Shown piece by piece: positions 1 through 8,560 of a stretch of DNA of 39,576 nucleotides; positions within the stretch are counted from its first letter, which is position 1; every line of letters starts with the position of its first letter. The notes beneath the pieces were generated by a model. The model was not told the DNA's origin. It saw only the letters and a list, made by a program, of their open reading frames with translations, and searched no databases. The position numbers and the translations under genes are program-made. The stretch lies in the NCBI GenBank assembly GCA_001780825.1, contig MFIX01000256.1, forward strand, positions 1 through 39,576. The letters are read 5' to 3'. This DNA is from Candidatus Glassbacteria bacterium RIFCSPLOWO2_12_FULL_58_11. Its GTDB lineage: Bacteria > Gemmatimonadota > Glassbacteria > GWA2-58-10.

Positions 1-799
1 TCATCCGGTGCTCATGGGCCGAGCGGTAGAACTCGCGCTCGATTTTCACGTGGCGCGCTCCGCCGATCACCATGTCGGGCCAGCCGCGCTCGACATTGAC
101 AAACCCGTAGTTCATCAGGTCGATGTCCAGGTTCATCCGATCCGGCAGGCTGAAATCGCCCACCTCAAGCGCGACAGTCAACTGGGCCTGCTTGTTGGTG
201 GCCCGGTGAATGATATTCAGCAGTCCCGTGTAAGTTCCGGGCGGCAGCTCGTGGGGCACGTAGATATCAACCCAGACCGCCTGCACTTTCTGCTCCGGGA
301 AAATCTCGTAATCCGGCAGGTGGAAAGGCGTGGTGCCGGCGAGCTCGAACGGCAGCAGGGCGTCCGGGTACCAGACCCCATCCAGCTTCAGGTAAAGCTC
401 CTTGAACAGCCTGATATGCGAGTCCGCGCTGATCCTCTCCCGCGCGCCGATCAGGTCCGTGCAGGTGACAAAGATTTTGTGGAGGTCCTGCCGGCCCTTT
501 TCGATCACGAGCTGGAAAGAGACAAACTCATTGCGGCCGGCGATCAGCTTTATCCGGCCGGCGGCACTGTCCCAGATAGCGTTCTGTTTCCGATACTGAA
601 GAGTAGAGGGAACCCCGCCCTGGTAAATCTCCAGACCCTCGGAAAGCAGGTTTCCGCTTAAGGGGTTTACCTTATGGGTGTCATCCACCACCCAGATGGA
701 GGCATCTTTGGCCGGTTTCTCATCCTGGCTGAACAGCAAGGTATGCCCGAGAAGAAGCAGGGCAACGATGGCCAACTCTGTACATATCGAATGGCGCAA
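1..799 (-). CDS. Secreted DUF4091/GH123-like glycoside-hydrolase-domain protein, N-terminal part only (the gene runs off the left edge)
   Basis: This gene is not in the ORF track; I translated the minus strand by hand. The frame is open from position 2 up to a TTG at 799-797, preceded by GGAGG (809-805, 5-nt spacer). The N-terminus MRHSICTELAIVALLLLGHTLLFSQ looks like a signal peptide. Downstream segments (IAGRNEFVSFQLVIEK, WYPDALLPF, PPGTYTGLLNI, LEVGDFSLPD) match the N-terminal region of DUF4091/GH123-type proteins as I remember it. The plus-strand ORF 8..661 is its antisense shadow. Confidence 0.6.
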   Translation of the reverse strand, partial: MRHSICTELAIVALLLLGHTLLFSQDEKPAKDASIWVVDDTHKVNPLSGNLLSEGLEIYQGGVPSTLQYRKQNAIWDSAAGRIKLIAGRNEFVSFQLVIEKGRQDLHKIFVTCTDLIGARERISADSHIRLFKELYLKLDGVWYPDALLPFELAGTTPFHLPDYEIFPEQKVQAVWVDIYVPHELPPGTYTGLLNIIHRATNKQAQLTVALEVGDFSLPDRMNLDIDLMNYGFVNVERGWPDMVIGGARHVKIEREFYRSAHEHRM

Positions 800-858
800 A
801 TCCACCTCCGTGAGCAAACAGGGAATCGTCAGGCAGGTAACAAGCATTGGAAAAATAA

Positions 859-872
859 TTTAACCGGTTACA
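859..872. promoter_or_regulatory. Candidate LacI/GalR-type operator (TTTAACCGGTTACA; 10-bp perfect palindrome TAACCGGTTA at 861-870)
   Basis: A CG-centred palindrome lies in the divergent region between the DUF4091-like gene (start 799) and the GH gene (start 1044). It matches 11 of 14 positions of the generic LacI-family operator TGTAAACGTTTACA. No regulator gene is present in the window. Confidence 0.25.
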
Positions 873-955
873 GGCTAGCAAGCTATTATTTTGAAGGAAG
901 CGATAAAGTTCAATGCTCCGGAATATTATTGGATCAAAAAAGACAGAATAATAAA

Positions 956-983
956 TTGACCTGGCGATACTATTTGTTATCTA
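956..983 (+). promoter_or_regulatory. Candidate sigma70-type promoter for the GH gene
   Basis: TTGACC (956-961), a 16-nt spacer, then TATCTA (978-983) preceded by a TGn extended -10 (TGT at 975-977). It sits about 60 nt upstream of ATG 1044. Confidence 0.3.
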
Positions 984-1043
984 AGTGTATATCTTTTTCT
1001 TTTTCCGCCGGACCGGACGCCGGGTTCCCGCTCATATCCATCA

Positions 1044-2627
1044 ATGGAATATACCATGCTATCGATTTCTTCCCAGTTCCTGAAAGTTTTTCCGGCGGTC
1101 CTGGCCGCCGCTCTGGTCTGGCCGCTGCTGGCCCTGGCTCAAACCGGCTCGGTGGCGATATCGGTCGATCTGGATTCGACTCTCCACCGGATGCGAGGCG
1201 GGATCGGCGCCTCCTGGCACGCCATCGAGGACTCGATCCCGGTATCAGGGAACACCAGCCACGGCGGGAGCGGCTGGGGCGCGAACCCCGCTCCCGAGGA
1301 TGAGGCGGCCTGGCAGGCGGTTTACGCGCATGCCGGCTGGCTGGGGCTGGATTTCTGCCGCGTGGAGCTGGAGCAGCGCATGTACGAGCCGGAAAAGGGC
1401 CGCTTCGATTGGGAGAGCCGGGAGATGCGTATCCTCTACCGGATACTCGACTGGTGCGAGAAGAACCAGGCGGATGTATTTCTCCAGCAGATGTGGAGCA
1501 ATGCCGACTGGATCGCCTACCCGGAGTTCCGCGGCGACCCGGTAAAAAGGGTGCACAGCGCCCCGGTCTCGCTGGAAGATTTCGCGCAGGGGCTGGCCGC
1601 GCTGGCCGGACATCTCATCCAGGATAAAGGCTACACTTGCATCAAGTGGCTCTGTATCAACAACGAGCCGGGCTATGACTGGTCCTGGTGGCAGATGCCG
1701 CCCAATGAGACCGCGCCCTTTACCCCGGCCCTGGAACTGGTCCGCGAGACCCTGGACCGCAAAGGCATAAGTCTGCCGCTCTCGGGTCCGGACTGGACCG
1801 ATACCCCGGCGCTCACGCCGGAAAAACTGGATTTCGACAGATACCTCGGCGCCTATGATATCCACAGCTACTACTCGCGCTATGATTGGATGAAGCGCGA
1901 TGAGAACCGTCCCGACCTGCCGCTAAGCCTGGTCGAGCAGCGCCTGGGAGACTGGGCCGGCTGGGCCCATCAGCGGAACAAGCCGTTTTTCTTAAGCGAG
2001 GTGGGCAGCATGATCTTCGGCTGGCACGCCGACAACAACGGCCCGAACACATTTCCGGCGGCGCTCAAGGATGCCGAGCTGGTGCTGCGGGGACTCAACC
2101 AAAGGGTGGATGGCTTTAACAAGTGGAGCTTTATCAACCGGGGGGATCTAGATGGGCAGTGGCAGTTAATCAATACCTGGGACATCAAGGGCGGCAAGCT
2201 GCTGGAAAAATATTCGCCCAAGCCCAACAGCTATTTTGTCTATGGCCTGGTATCGCGTTTCACGGTGAAATATTCCCGGGTCCCGGTCACCACGGTCAAA
2301 GGCGGGGCACTGGAAGGCCTGACCCGCGTATTCGCGGCCGCCCTGGAAAGCCCCGGGGGCGAGCTGACCCTGCTGGTGGTCAACGATGCGGATTCGGCCT
2401 TTCCCGCAGGACTAAGCTTGAACGGACTGAAAAAAGAAACTACCCTTTATAAGTACCAGGTCACCAGCGAGCAGAAGGATAACCCGGGGCTTATAATTGA
2501 ACCGCTGAACGGCATAAACCTTAATCCTGAGCTGAACGCATTCTCGGATGAGCTGCCCGCCTCGAGCCTGACAATCTATACGACTTACCGGCTGGAGCAC
2601 CGGGACTGGGGAGTAATCGCTGAATAG
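1044..2627 (+). CDS. Secreted clan GH-A (TIM-barrel) glycoside hydrolase, GH5/GH30/GH39-like
   Basis: The N-terminus carries a signal peptide (VFPAVLAAALVWPLLALAQ). CINNEPG is a candidate acid/base NEP motif and FFLSEVG a candidate nucleophile Glu, the usual clan-A pair. The C-terminal region looks like a beta-sandwich. The family cannot be assigned by eye. Confidence 0.65.
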   Translation: MEYTMLSISSQFLKVFPAVLAAALVWPLLALAQTGSVAISVDLDSTLHRMRGGIGASWHAIEDSIPVSGNTSHGGSGWGANPAPEDEAAWQAVYAHAGWLGLDFCRVELEQRMYEPEKGRFDWESREMRILYRILDWCEKNQADVFLQQMWSNADWIAYPEFRGDPVKRVHSAPVSLEDFAQGLAALAGHLIQDKGYTCIKWLCINNEPGYDWSWWQMPPNETAPFTPALELVRETLDRKGISLPLSGPDWTDTPALTPEKLDFDRYLGAYDIHSYYSRYDWMKRDENRPDLPLSLVEQRLGDWAGWAHQRNKPFFLSEVGSMIFGWHADNNGPNTFPAALKDAELVLRGLNQRVDGFNKWSFINRGDLDGQWQLINTWDIKGGKLLEKYSPKPNSYFVYGLVSRFTVKYSRVPVTTVKGGALEGLTRVFAAALESPGGELTLLVVNDADSAFPAGLSLNGLKKETTLYKYQVTSEQKDNPGLIIEPLNGINLNPELNAFSDELPASSLTIYTTYRLEHRDWGVIAE

Positions 2628-2794
2628 ATGACAAAAGTCGGCGAACAAAAAACGTGGGGCTTAGTACTTTAGCTCGTAGGTTCGGCTAAGTGATATAAGA
2701 TGATTGCATTACTGGAATTGCCGTAACTAAAGCAACTATCTCTCAACTTTGAGAGTGCACATGCGAGAGATAGGCGCAAAAAGTAAGATTCGTT

Positions 2795-2861
2795 GTAGGG
2801 GCGCACCCATGTGTGCGCCCGGGCTTACGGCTGGAGGGCGGACACAGGGGTCCGCCCCTAC
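2795..2861. repeat. REP doublet (REPIN-like): two GTAG-headed hairpin repeats in inverted orientation
   Basis: Arm a (2795-2820) is GTAG GGGCGCAC CCATGT GTGCGCCC. Arm b (2836-2861), reverse-complemented, is GTAG GGGCGGAC CCCTGT GTCCGCCC. They share 23 of 26 positions, and two of the three differences are a compensatory pair inside each arm's own 8-bp stem. A 15-nt spacer separates the arms. The element lies between the convergent GH and binding-protein genes. Confidence 0.8.
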
Positions 2862-2959
2862 GTTAAGGATGAAATCCTGCATCTGAATCGCCGTAACCCT
2901 TGGAACATTAATTTGTGTGCAACGAAATCGTATTGATGAAGGCATGTACTTGGTAGGAA

Positions 2960-3925
2960 TTATTTCCGCCCCAGCGGATAGACCAGCTTCTGGATTTCCG
3001 GCTGGTCGAGATTATCCGGCGTGATGACTGTCACTCCGGTGTCGATCCGCTTCTCTACCGGCTCTCCGTGAATGGCTTTCACCGCTGACTTGACTCCCAG
3101 GTAGCCCATGGCGAAAGGGTTCTGCACCAGCAGGGCATGGATCACGCCGCTATTCAGCCCCTCGATCTCCGCCGGCGAGGCGTCGAAAGCCACCAATTTG
3201 ATTTTCCCCTGCAAGTTTCGGGCGGATATCGCCTGAGAGGCGCCGATTGCCGCGGCCTCATTGGCCGCGAAAATCCCCTTGAGCTCCGGCTGGGCGGTCA
3301 GGATATTCTCGGTGACAGTCATGGCAGTGGCGACATCCGCCTGGCAGTACTGCACCGCCGCCAGGATGATATCGGGGTGCTTTTCGATACCCTGATTGAA
3401 TCCGGTTTCCCGCCAGATCGAGGTGGCCGCACCGGGGATGAAATTGACCAAGGCCACCGCGCCACGCTCCCCGACCAATTGCGCCAGGATGTCGGCGGCT
3501 TTTTCGGCCGCGCGGACATTGTCGCTGGCTACAAAGCTCAACGGTATGTCGGAATCCAGCCCGGAGTCGATAGTGATCACCGGGATGCCCTCGGCATGCG
3601 CCCGCTCCACCACCGGGATCAGGGCCTTGGTGTCGCAGGCCGCCATGACAATCGCATCCATGCGCTTGTTGATATAGTCCTCGATAATCGCGATCTGGCC
3701 CGCGATATCGGTCTCCGCAGCCGGCCCTTTCCAGACGATCTCCACTCCCATTTCCCGGCCCGCAGAATCTGCGCCCGCCTTGACTGACAGCCAAAAATCA
3801 TGGGTCAGGCCTTTGGGCGAGACAAGGATCCTGAGTCTTTTGTCCTGGCCCCGGCCGCAGGACAACAGGCTTAGCAGCAGGACGGAAATCAGCGCGAGGG
3901 AGATTCTATTGTTGTATCGGAGCAT
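2960..3925 (-). CDS. Sugar ABC transporter substrate-binding lipoprotein (Peripla_BP_4 / RbsB-like, CUT2 family)
   Basis: It has a lipobox (LLSLLSCGRG) and RbsB-like sequence throughout (VMAACDTKALIPVVERAHAEGIPVITIDSG). I prefer the ATG at 3925 (residue M3 of the track ORF) because AGGA lies 6 nt upstream. The track start is 3931. Confidence 0.85.
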   Translation of the reverse strand: MLRYNNRISLALISVLLLSLLSCGRGQDKRLRILVSPKGLTHDFWLSVKAGADSAGREMGVEIVWKGPAAETDIAGQIAIIEDYINKRMDAIVMAACDTKALIPVVERAHAEGIPVITIDSGLDSDIPLSFVASDNVRAAEKAADILAQLVGERGAVALVNFIPGAATSIWRETGFNQGIEKHPDIILAAVQYCQADVATAMTVTENILTAQPELKGIFAANEAAAIGASQAISARNLQGKIKLVAFDASPAEIEGLNSGVIHALLVQNPFAMGYLGVKSAVKAIHGEPVEKRIDTGVTVITPDNLDQPEIQKLVYPLGRK

Positions 3926-4011
3926 TTCCATTCCTTTGTCTTTTGTTGGCCTGTGTCATTCAATTATTACGCAAACCCGTTAGAAGCGGACCCTTTGTTT
4001 AGCCTGCGCGT

Positions 4012-4039
4012 GTAGGGGCACGGTGCACCGTGCCCCTAC
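4012..4039. repeat. REP-family 28-bp perfect palindrome GTAGGGGCACGGTG/CACCGTGCCCCTAC
   Basis: This is an exact self-complement with a GTAG head at both ends. It lies in the intercistronic gap between the permease stop (4115) and the binding-protein start (3925). Confidence 0.8.
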
Positions 4040-4114
4040 TTGAGATACAGAAGATTTATTTCCTTTTTGAAACAACTTAAAATCTGTCTGGATTTGGCTC
4101 GTTTACCCTTCGCC

Positions 4115-5092
4115 TCAGGCCGCGCCCTTGGAGTGACGGTACTGGTCGATAAAGACCGCAATGACAATTATTGCGCCGATAGCCACCTGTTGCCAGAAAG
4201 CCGAGACATCCAGCAGGTTGCAGCCGTTGCGCAGCACGCCCATGATCAGCGCGCCGATCAAGGCGCCGGCAATGGTGCCCTCTCCGCCGCTCAGGCTGGC
4301 CCCTCCTATGACGCAGGCGGCGATAACATCCAGCTCCCAGCCCGTGCCGGCTGTCGGCTGTCCGGAGCGCAGCCTGGAGGACAGGATCACTCCGGCCAGG
4401 CCGGAGAGTGCTCCGCAGATCGTGTAAATATAGATCAGGCAGCGCTGGACGTTCACGCCGGAGAGCCGGGCCGCCTCCTGGTTGCTGCCGATCGCATAGG
4501 TATAGCGGCCCAGACGGGTGTATTTCAGAAGACCGGCTCCCAGGGCGGCCAGCACAGCGGTGATAACCACCGGGACCGGGACCACCCGGAACAGGCGGCC
4601 TGCCCCGAGAAAAATAAAGCTTTCCGGCAGGCTCGACAACTGTACGCCCGCGCCTCCGGAAAGGATCAGCGCCACGCCGCGTGCCATCCCCATCATGCCC
4701 AGGGTGGCGATAAAGGGCGGGATGCGGCCCTTCGAGACCAGAAACCCATTGACAAGCCCGCAGAGCGTCCCGGCCGCCACGCCGCCGGTCAGCGCGAGGC
4801 CCAGCGGGACCCCGTCGGCAAGAAATATCGTGCAGACTATCCCGGAAAGAGCCAGGATCGAGCCGACTGACAGGTCGATCCCGGCGGATATGATGATCAG
4901 CATCTGGCCGATAGCGATGATCGCGATCACCGACATCTGCAGGCCGATTGCGAAAAGATTGTCCAGGGTCAAAAAATAGGGGGAAAGGATAGACAACACC
5001 CCGCCCAGAATCAACAGGCTGAGCAGAGAGGCCAGCTTTCGCGCCAGCTCGCCGAGCGTGCCGGGAACGGCTTTTTCTGATTCTTCGGCCAT
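4115..5092 (-). CDS. Sugar ABC transporter permease (RbsC/AraH-type, BPD_transp_2)
   Basis: The 325-aa protein is highly hydrophobic and multi-spanning, with typical CUT2 permease segments (IDLSVGSILAL, ATLGMMGMARG). It sits directly downstream of the ATPase gene. Confidence 0.85.
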   Translation of the reverse strand: MAEESEKAVPGTLGELARKLASLLSLLILGGVLSILSPYFLTLDNLFAIGLQMSVIAIIAIGQMLIIISAGIDLSVGSILALSGIVCTIFLADGVPLGLALTGGVAAGTLCGLVNGFLVSKGRIPPFIATLGMMGMARGVALILSGGAGVQLSSLPESFIFLGAGRLFRVVPVPVVITAVLAALGAGLLKYTRLGRYTYAIGSNQEAARLSGVNVQRCLIYIYTICGALSGLAGVILSSRLRSGQPTAGTGWELDVIAACVIGGASLSGGEGTIAGALIGALIMGVLRNGCNLLDVSAFWQQVAIGAIIVIAVFIDQYRHSKGAA

Positions 5093-5142
5093 GGACGTTT
5101 TTACCTGTTTTGGAATAAGCTCGTTCGGCTAAGAAACCAATA

Positions 5143-6639
5143 CTAATTTCCCAAAGCGCTGTAATACAGTATTTCTTCCTGGGTGGCCTCCTCGCGGGAC
5201 AGCTCGCGGACAATCTTTCCGCGGCTCAGCACCAGCAGCCGGTCGCAGATTGCCAGCAGCTCAGGCAGGTAGGAAGAGATGAATATAATCGCGCCGCCGC
5301 GCCGGACCAGGGCGTTCATCAGCGAGAAAATCTCCGCCTTGGCTCCCACATCCACGCCGACTGTCGGCTCATCGAAAAACAGCACGCGGGCCTCGGTAGC
5401 CAGCCAGCGGGCCACTACCACTTTCTGCTGGTTCCCGCCGCTTAAGGTTCTGACCTTCTGGTCCGGGTGGCGCGCCCGGATCGACAGTTCTTTTATGTAG
5501 CTTTCGACAGCCTGGTATTCTTTTCCTTGATGGATAAAGGGGCCGCGGCAGTATTTTTTCAGGCCGGCCAGGGTGACATTGGCCCGGATGGACAGGCCGA
5601 GAGCGAGACTCAGCAGCTTGCGGTCCTCGCTCAGGTAGCCGATCCCGGCCCGGATCGCCTGCTCCGGTGTATCGATCTCCACGGACTCGCCACGGATATA
5701 GATGTCCCCGGAATCCCGCCGGTCCGCGCCGAATACCGCGCGCGCCAGCTCGGTCCGGCCCGAGCCGACCAGCCCGGCCAGACCGATAATCTCGCCGGCC
5801 CGGGCACTGAAAGAGATGTCCCGCAGCACGCCTTCACGCCTGAGCCTTTCCACCCGCAGCAGCTCCTCGCCGGGCGCGGAAAAATCCCGCGGGAACAGCT
5901 CGCCGATCTCGCGTCCCGCCATCATGCGGATCAACTCGCGCGGGTCAGTAGCGGAAGGCACAGTGCCGATAGTCCGGCCATCCCGCAACACGGTTATCCG
6001 GTCTCCCACCGCGGCAATTTCCTCCAGGCGGTGCGATATGTAAATGAATGTCACTCCGCGCTGCTTGAGGGCGCGGATAATCCCGAAGAGCCTGTCGATC
6101 TCCTTTTCCGCCAGCGCGGCGGTCGGCTCATCCAGGATGATGATCCGGGCCTCGGCGGAGAGCGCCTTGGCGATCTCGACCATCTGGCATTGAGCGGCGC
6201 TGAGGCTGCGGACCGCGGTCCGCGGCGAAAGAGAAAGGTTCAGCTCCGCGAGGTGTTCCCGGGTATGCTCCCACAGAGCCGCCCGGTCGATCAGCCCTGG
6301 CAGCGATCCATACCGTGGCTCCCGACCCAGGAAAACATTCTCGGCGATATTCAGGTGGCGGGCCAGGTGGGATTCCTGGTAAACCATGCTGATCCCCAGA
6401 GCGAGCGCCTGCTGCGGACTTTCGATTTCGACAGGATTTCCATTGAGCAGGATACTGCCGCTGTCCCGGGGATAAGCGCCGGTGAGGATTTTCATCAGCG
6501 TGGATTTGCCCGCCCCGTTCTCGCCCAGCAGCACGTGCACCTCGCCGCGCCGGACAGTCAGCGAGACCTGGTCCAGGGCGCGGACACCCGGAAAGGACTT
6601 GACGATCCTGTCCATCACCAGCAGCGGTTGATCGCCCAT
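5143..6639 (-). CDS. Sugar ABC transporter ATP-binding protein with duplicated ATPase domains (RbsA/MglA-like)
   Basis: It has two Walker A sites (GENGAGKST; GLVGSGRTEL), the signature LSGGNQQKV and Walker B motifs ILDEPT and FFDEPT. The track start at 6642 is a TTG. The adjacent ATG at 6639 has GGTGG 7 nt upstream. Confidence 0.9.
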   Translation of the reverse strand: MGDQPLLVMDRIVKSFPGVRALDQVSLTVRRGEVHVLLGENGAGKSTLMKILTGAYPRDSGSILLNGNPVEIESPQQALALGISMVYQESHLARHLNIAENVFLGREPRYGSLPGLIDRAALWEHTREHLAELNLSLSPRTAVRSLSAAQCQMVEIAKALSAEARIIILDEPTAALAEKEIDRLFGIIRALKQRGVTFIYISHRLEEIAAVGDRITVLRDGRTIGTVPSATDPRELIRMMAGREIGELFPRDFSAPGEELLRVERLRREGVLRDISFSARAGEIIGLAGLVGSGRTELARAVFGADRRDSGDIYIRGESVEIDTPEQAIRAGIGYLSEDRKLLSLALGLSIRANVTLAGLKKYCRGPFIHQGKEYQAVESYIKELSIRARHPDQKVRTLSGGNQQKVVVARWLATEARVLFFDEPTVGVDVGAKAEIFSLMNALVRRGGAIIFISSYLPELLAICDRLLVLSRGKIVRELSREEATQEEILYYSALGN

Positions 6640-6890
6640 CAAAGAGCCACCGGAAAGTGGGTAGATTTTAGGCCGGCATTGGCGGAGAAGATATCTTTAC
6701 TAGAAGACGGCTTCCCTGACAAGCTTTTCGGGTAACTGGAGCCTGGCCGGGCCGATATTCTGGTTTTATTGCTCAAAATGCAGCAAGCTCTTTATTGCCG
6801 CCGGTGGCGAAGGAGGCTATTTTTCAGCTTGCGGATTGAAACTGGTATAAGAAAGCTAAATTAAACATAACAATTTTCAGGAGGTACCAG

Positions 6891-8222
6891 ATGGCTAAGC
6901 CGAGGATCAATCGGCGGGAGTTCCTGGGGCACAGCGCCGCGGGTTCCCTGGCGCTGGGGCTGGCCGGCGCGGCCCGGACTTTTGCCGCCTATGAAGAAAA
7001 ACCGGTGCGCATCGGCTTTGTCGGCACGGGCAACCGGGGCACAGACCTGCTGGGCACAATGCTGGCGGTGGGCGGAGTGGAGATTCCGGCGCTTTGCGAT
7101 ATCAACCCGGAGCACCTGGCCCGGGCGGCGAGAGTGGTCGAGGAGGGGCTGGGAAGAAAGCCGGAGCTTTACGACCGCGGACCCGAGGACTACCGGCGCC
7201 TCTGTGAGCGGACTGACCTGGATGCAGTGGTGACCGCCACCCCCTGGCAGCTTCACACCCCGGTGATGATGGCGGCGATGGAGGCCGGCAAGTACGGAGC
7301 CACGGAGGTGCCGGCGGCGATCACCCTCGAGCAGTGCTGGCAGTTGGTGGAGACCAGCGAACGCACCGGCCGCCCCTGCATGATGCTGGAAAACGAGTGC
7401 TATTACCGTTACGCCATGCTGATCCTCGGCATGATCGAGCGGGAGATGTTTGGCGAGCTGCTCCACTGTGAGGCCGGGTACCAGCACGATGTTCGCTATC
7501 TCAAGGGGATCGAGGGCAAGATCGGCCCGGATGGAAGCCTGCTCTGGAGAGGCGAGCACGCGGTGACCCGCAACGGCAACCTTTATCCCACACACCCGGT
7601 CGGGCCCGCCGCCTGGTGCCTGGGTATCAACCGCGGGGACCGCTTTACCCGCCTGGTTTCGATGAGCACCAAGAGCCGCGGAATGAACCACAAGATCGCC
7701 CGGATGTTCGGCGCGGACCATCCCAATGCGAAGCGAAAATACGCCCTGGGCGATATCAACACCAGCCTGCTGGCCACCGAAAACGGCCTGACAGTGACAC
7801 TCTACCACGATACGCAATCGCCGCGGCCCTACGATGAGATTTTCCGCGTGCAGGGCACCCAAGGCATCTACAGCCGCACCCTGAGAAAGATCTATATCGA
7901 AGGCCGCAGCCCGCAGGAACATACCTGGGAAGATGATGAGCCTTATTACAAGGAATTCGACCATCCGCTGTGGAAAAAATACGGCGATGAGGCGGTGAAA
8001 CGCGGCCATGACGGGGCGGACTTCCTGGAGTTCACCCAGTTTTTGCATGCCGTGCGTCACGGCTTGCCGACCCCGATCGACGTTTACGACACGGCTGCCT
8101 GGAGCGCGGTAAGCCCGCTCTCTGAATCCTCCGTGGGCATGAACAGCGCGCCGCAGGATTTTCCGGATTTCACCCGCGGGAAGTGGAAAACGCCGCGCAA
8201 GATTTTAGTTTACGGGGTCTAG
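6891..8222 (+). CDS. Tat-exported Gfo/Idh/MocA-family NAD-dependent oxidoreductase, GH109-like
   Basis: It has a twin-arginine signal (INRREFLGHSAAGSLALGLAGAARTFA) and a Rossmann motif (VRIGFVGTGNRGTDLL). GGAGG lies 6 nt upstream of the ATG. The architecture resembles GH109 and periplasmic sugar dehydrogenases. Confidence 0.75.
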   Translation: MAKPRINRREFLGHSAAGSLALGLAGAARTFAAYEEKPVRIGFVGTGNRGTDLLGTMLAVGGVEIPALCDINPEHLARAARVVEEGLGRKPELYDRGPEDYRRLCERTDLDAVVTATPWQLHTPVMMAAMEAGKYGATEVPAAITLEQCWQLVETSERTGRPCMMLENECYYRYAMLILGMIEREMFGELLHCEAGYQHDVRYLKGIEGKIGPDGSLLWRGEHAVTRNGNLYPTHPVGPAAWCLGINRGDRFTRLVSMSTKSRGMNHKIARMFGADHPNAKRKYALGDINTSLLATENGLTVTLYHDTQSPRPYDEIFRVQGTQGIYSRTLRKIYIEGRSPQEHTWEDDEPYYKEFDHPLWKKYGDEAVKRGHDGADFLEFTQFLHAVRHGLPTPIDVYDTAAWSAVSPLSESSVGMNSAPQDFPDFTRGKWKTPRKILVYGV

Positions 8223-8274
8223 GCTGATTCTCGCAAGGCGGATGCCAGGCAAATCCGTCAATTGTAAAATAAAC

Positions 8275-8302
8275 TTGCTAACCGGACGAATACTGGTATT
8301 TT
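8275..8302 (+). promoter_or_regulatory. Candidate promoter giving a leader of about 250 nt for the radical SAM gene
   Basis: TTGCTA (8275-8280), a 16-nt spacer, then TATTTT (8297-8302). This rests on the sequence motif only. Confidence 0.25.
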
Positions 8303-8560
8303 AGTAAGTGTCGAGTATTAATTATCAAAGACCCGGCCGAGAAACTTTTTGCCGTCGGAACTGCCGGAGTAGATAAGAGGTTATAGCATCCCACCACTGA
8401 CAGCCAGATCAAAGTTCCTTAGAGTTTGTTTCGGCGCGACTTTAATTTGCTTGCGCCGTAGGTCCGATCTTGAGTCCAATTTTCTTAAAGCCCCCGGTAT
8501 GCGATATTGTCTTCGAGTAATCCGCATACTTAATTCCCAGCGATCAAGGAAAGCGGAAGC

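Noticed and set aside
2672-2690. Shared GCTCGT(AGG)TTCGGCTAAG between 2672-2690 and 5119-5133, with TTCGGCTAA again near 13833.
   Set aside because: Exact 10-mers recur by chance many times in a 39.6-kb window when both strands are counted. The longer match needs a 3-nt indel, and the sites share no positional logic.
2736-2945. A 69-aa minus-strand ORF in the GH / binding-protein intergenic region.
   Set aside because: Its sequence (..VGADPCVRPPAVSPGAHMGAPLQ..) is just the translation of the REP doublet. There is no ribosome-binding site or coding signal.
8223-8560. Cobalamin riboswitch upstream of the B12-binding radical SAM gene (ACCACTGACAGCCAGATC at 8391-8408 vaguely resembles the GCCACTG core and B12 box).
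   Set aside because: Only a partial CCACTG match is present. I could not find the conserved GGTGNNAANTCC region, the AGYCMGGAGACC B12 box or the multi-stem junction. A cmsearch with RF00174 would settle it.
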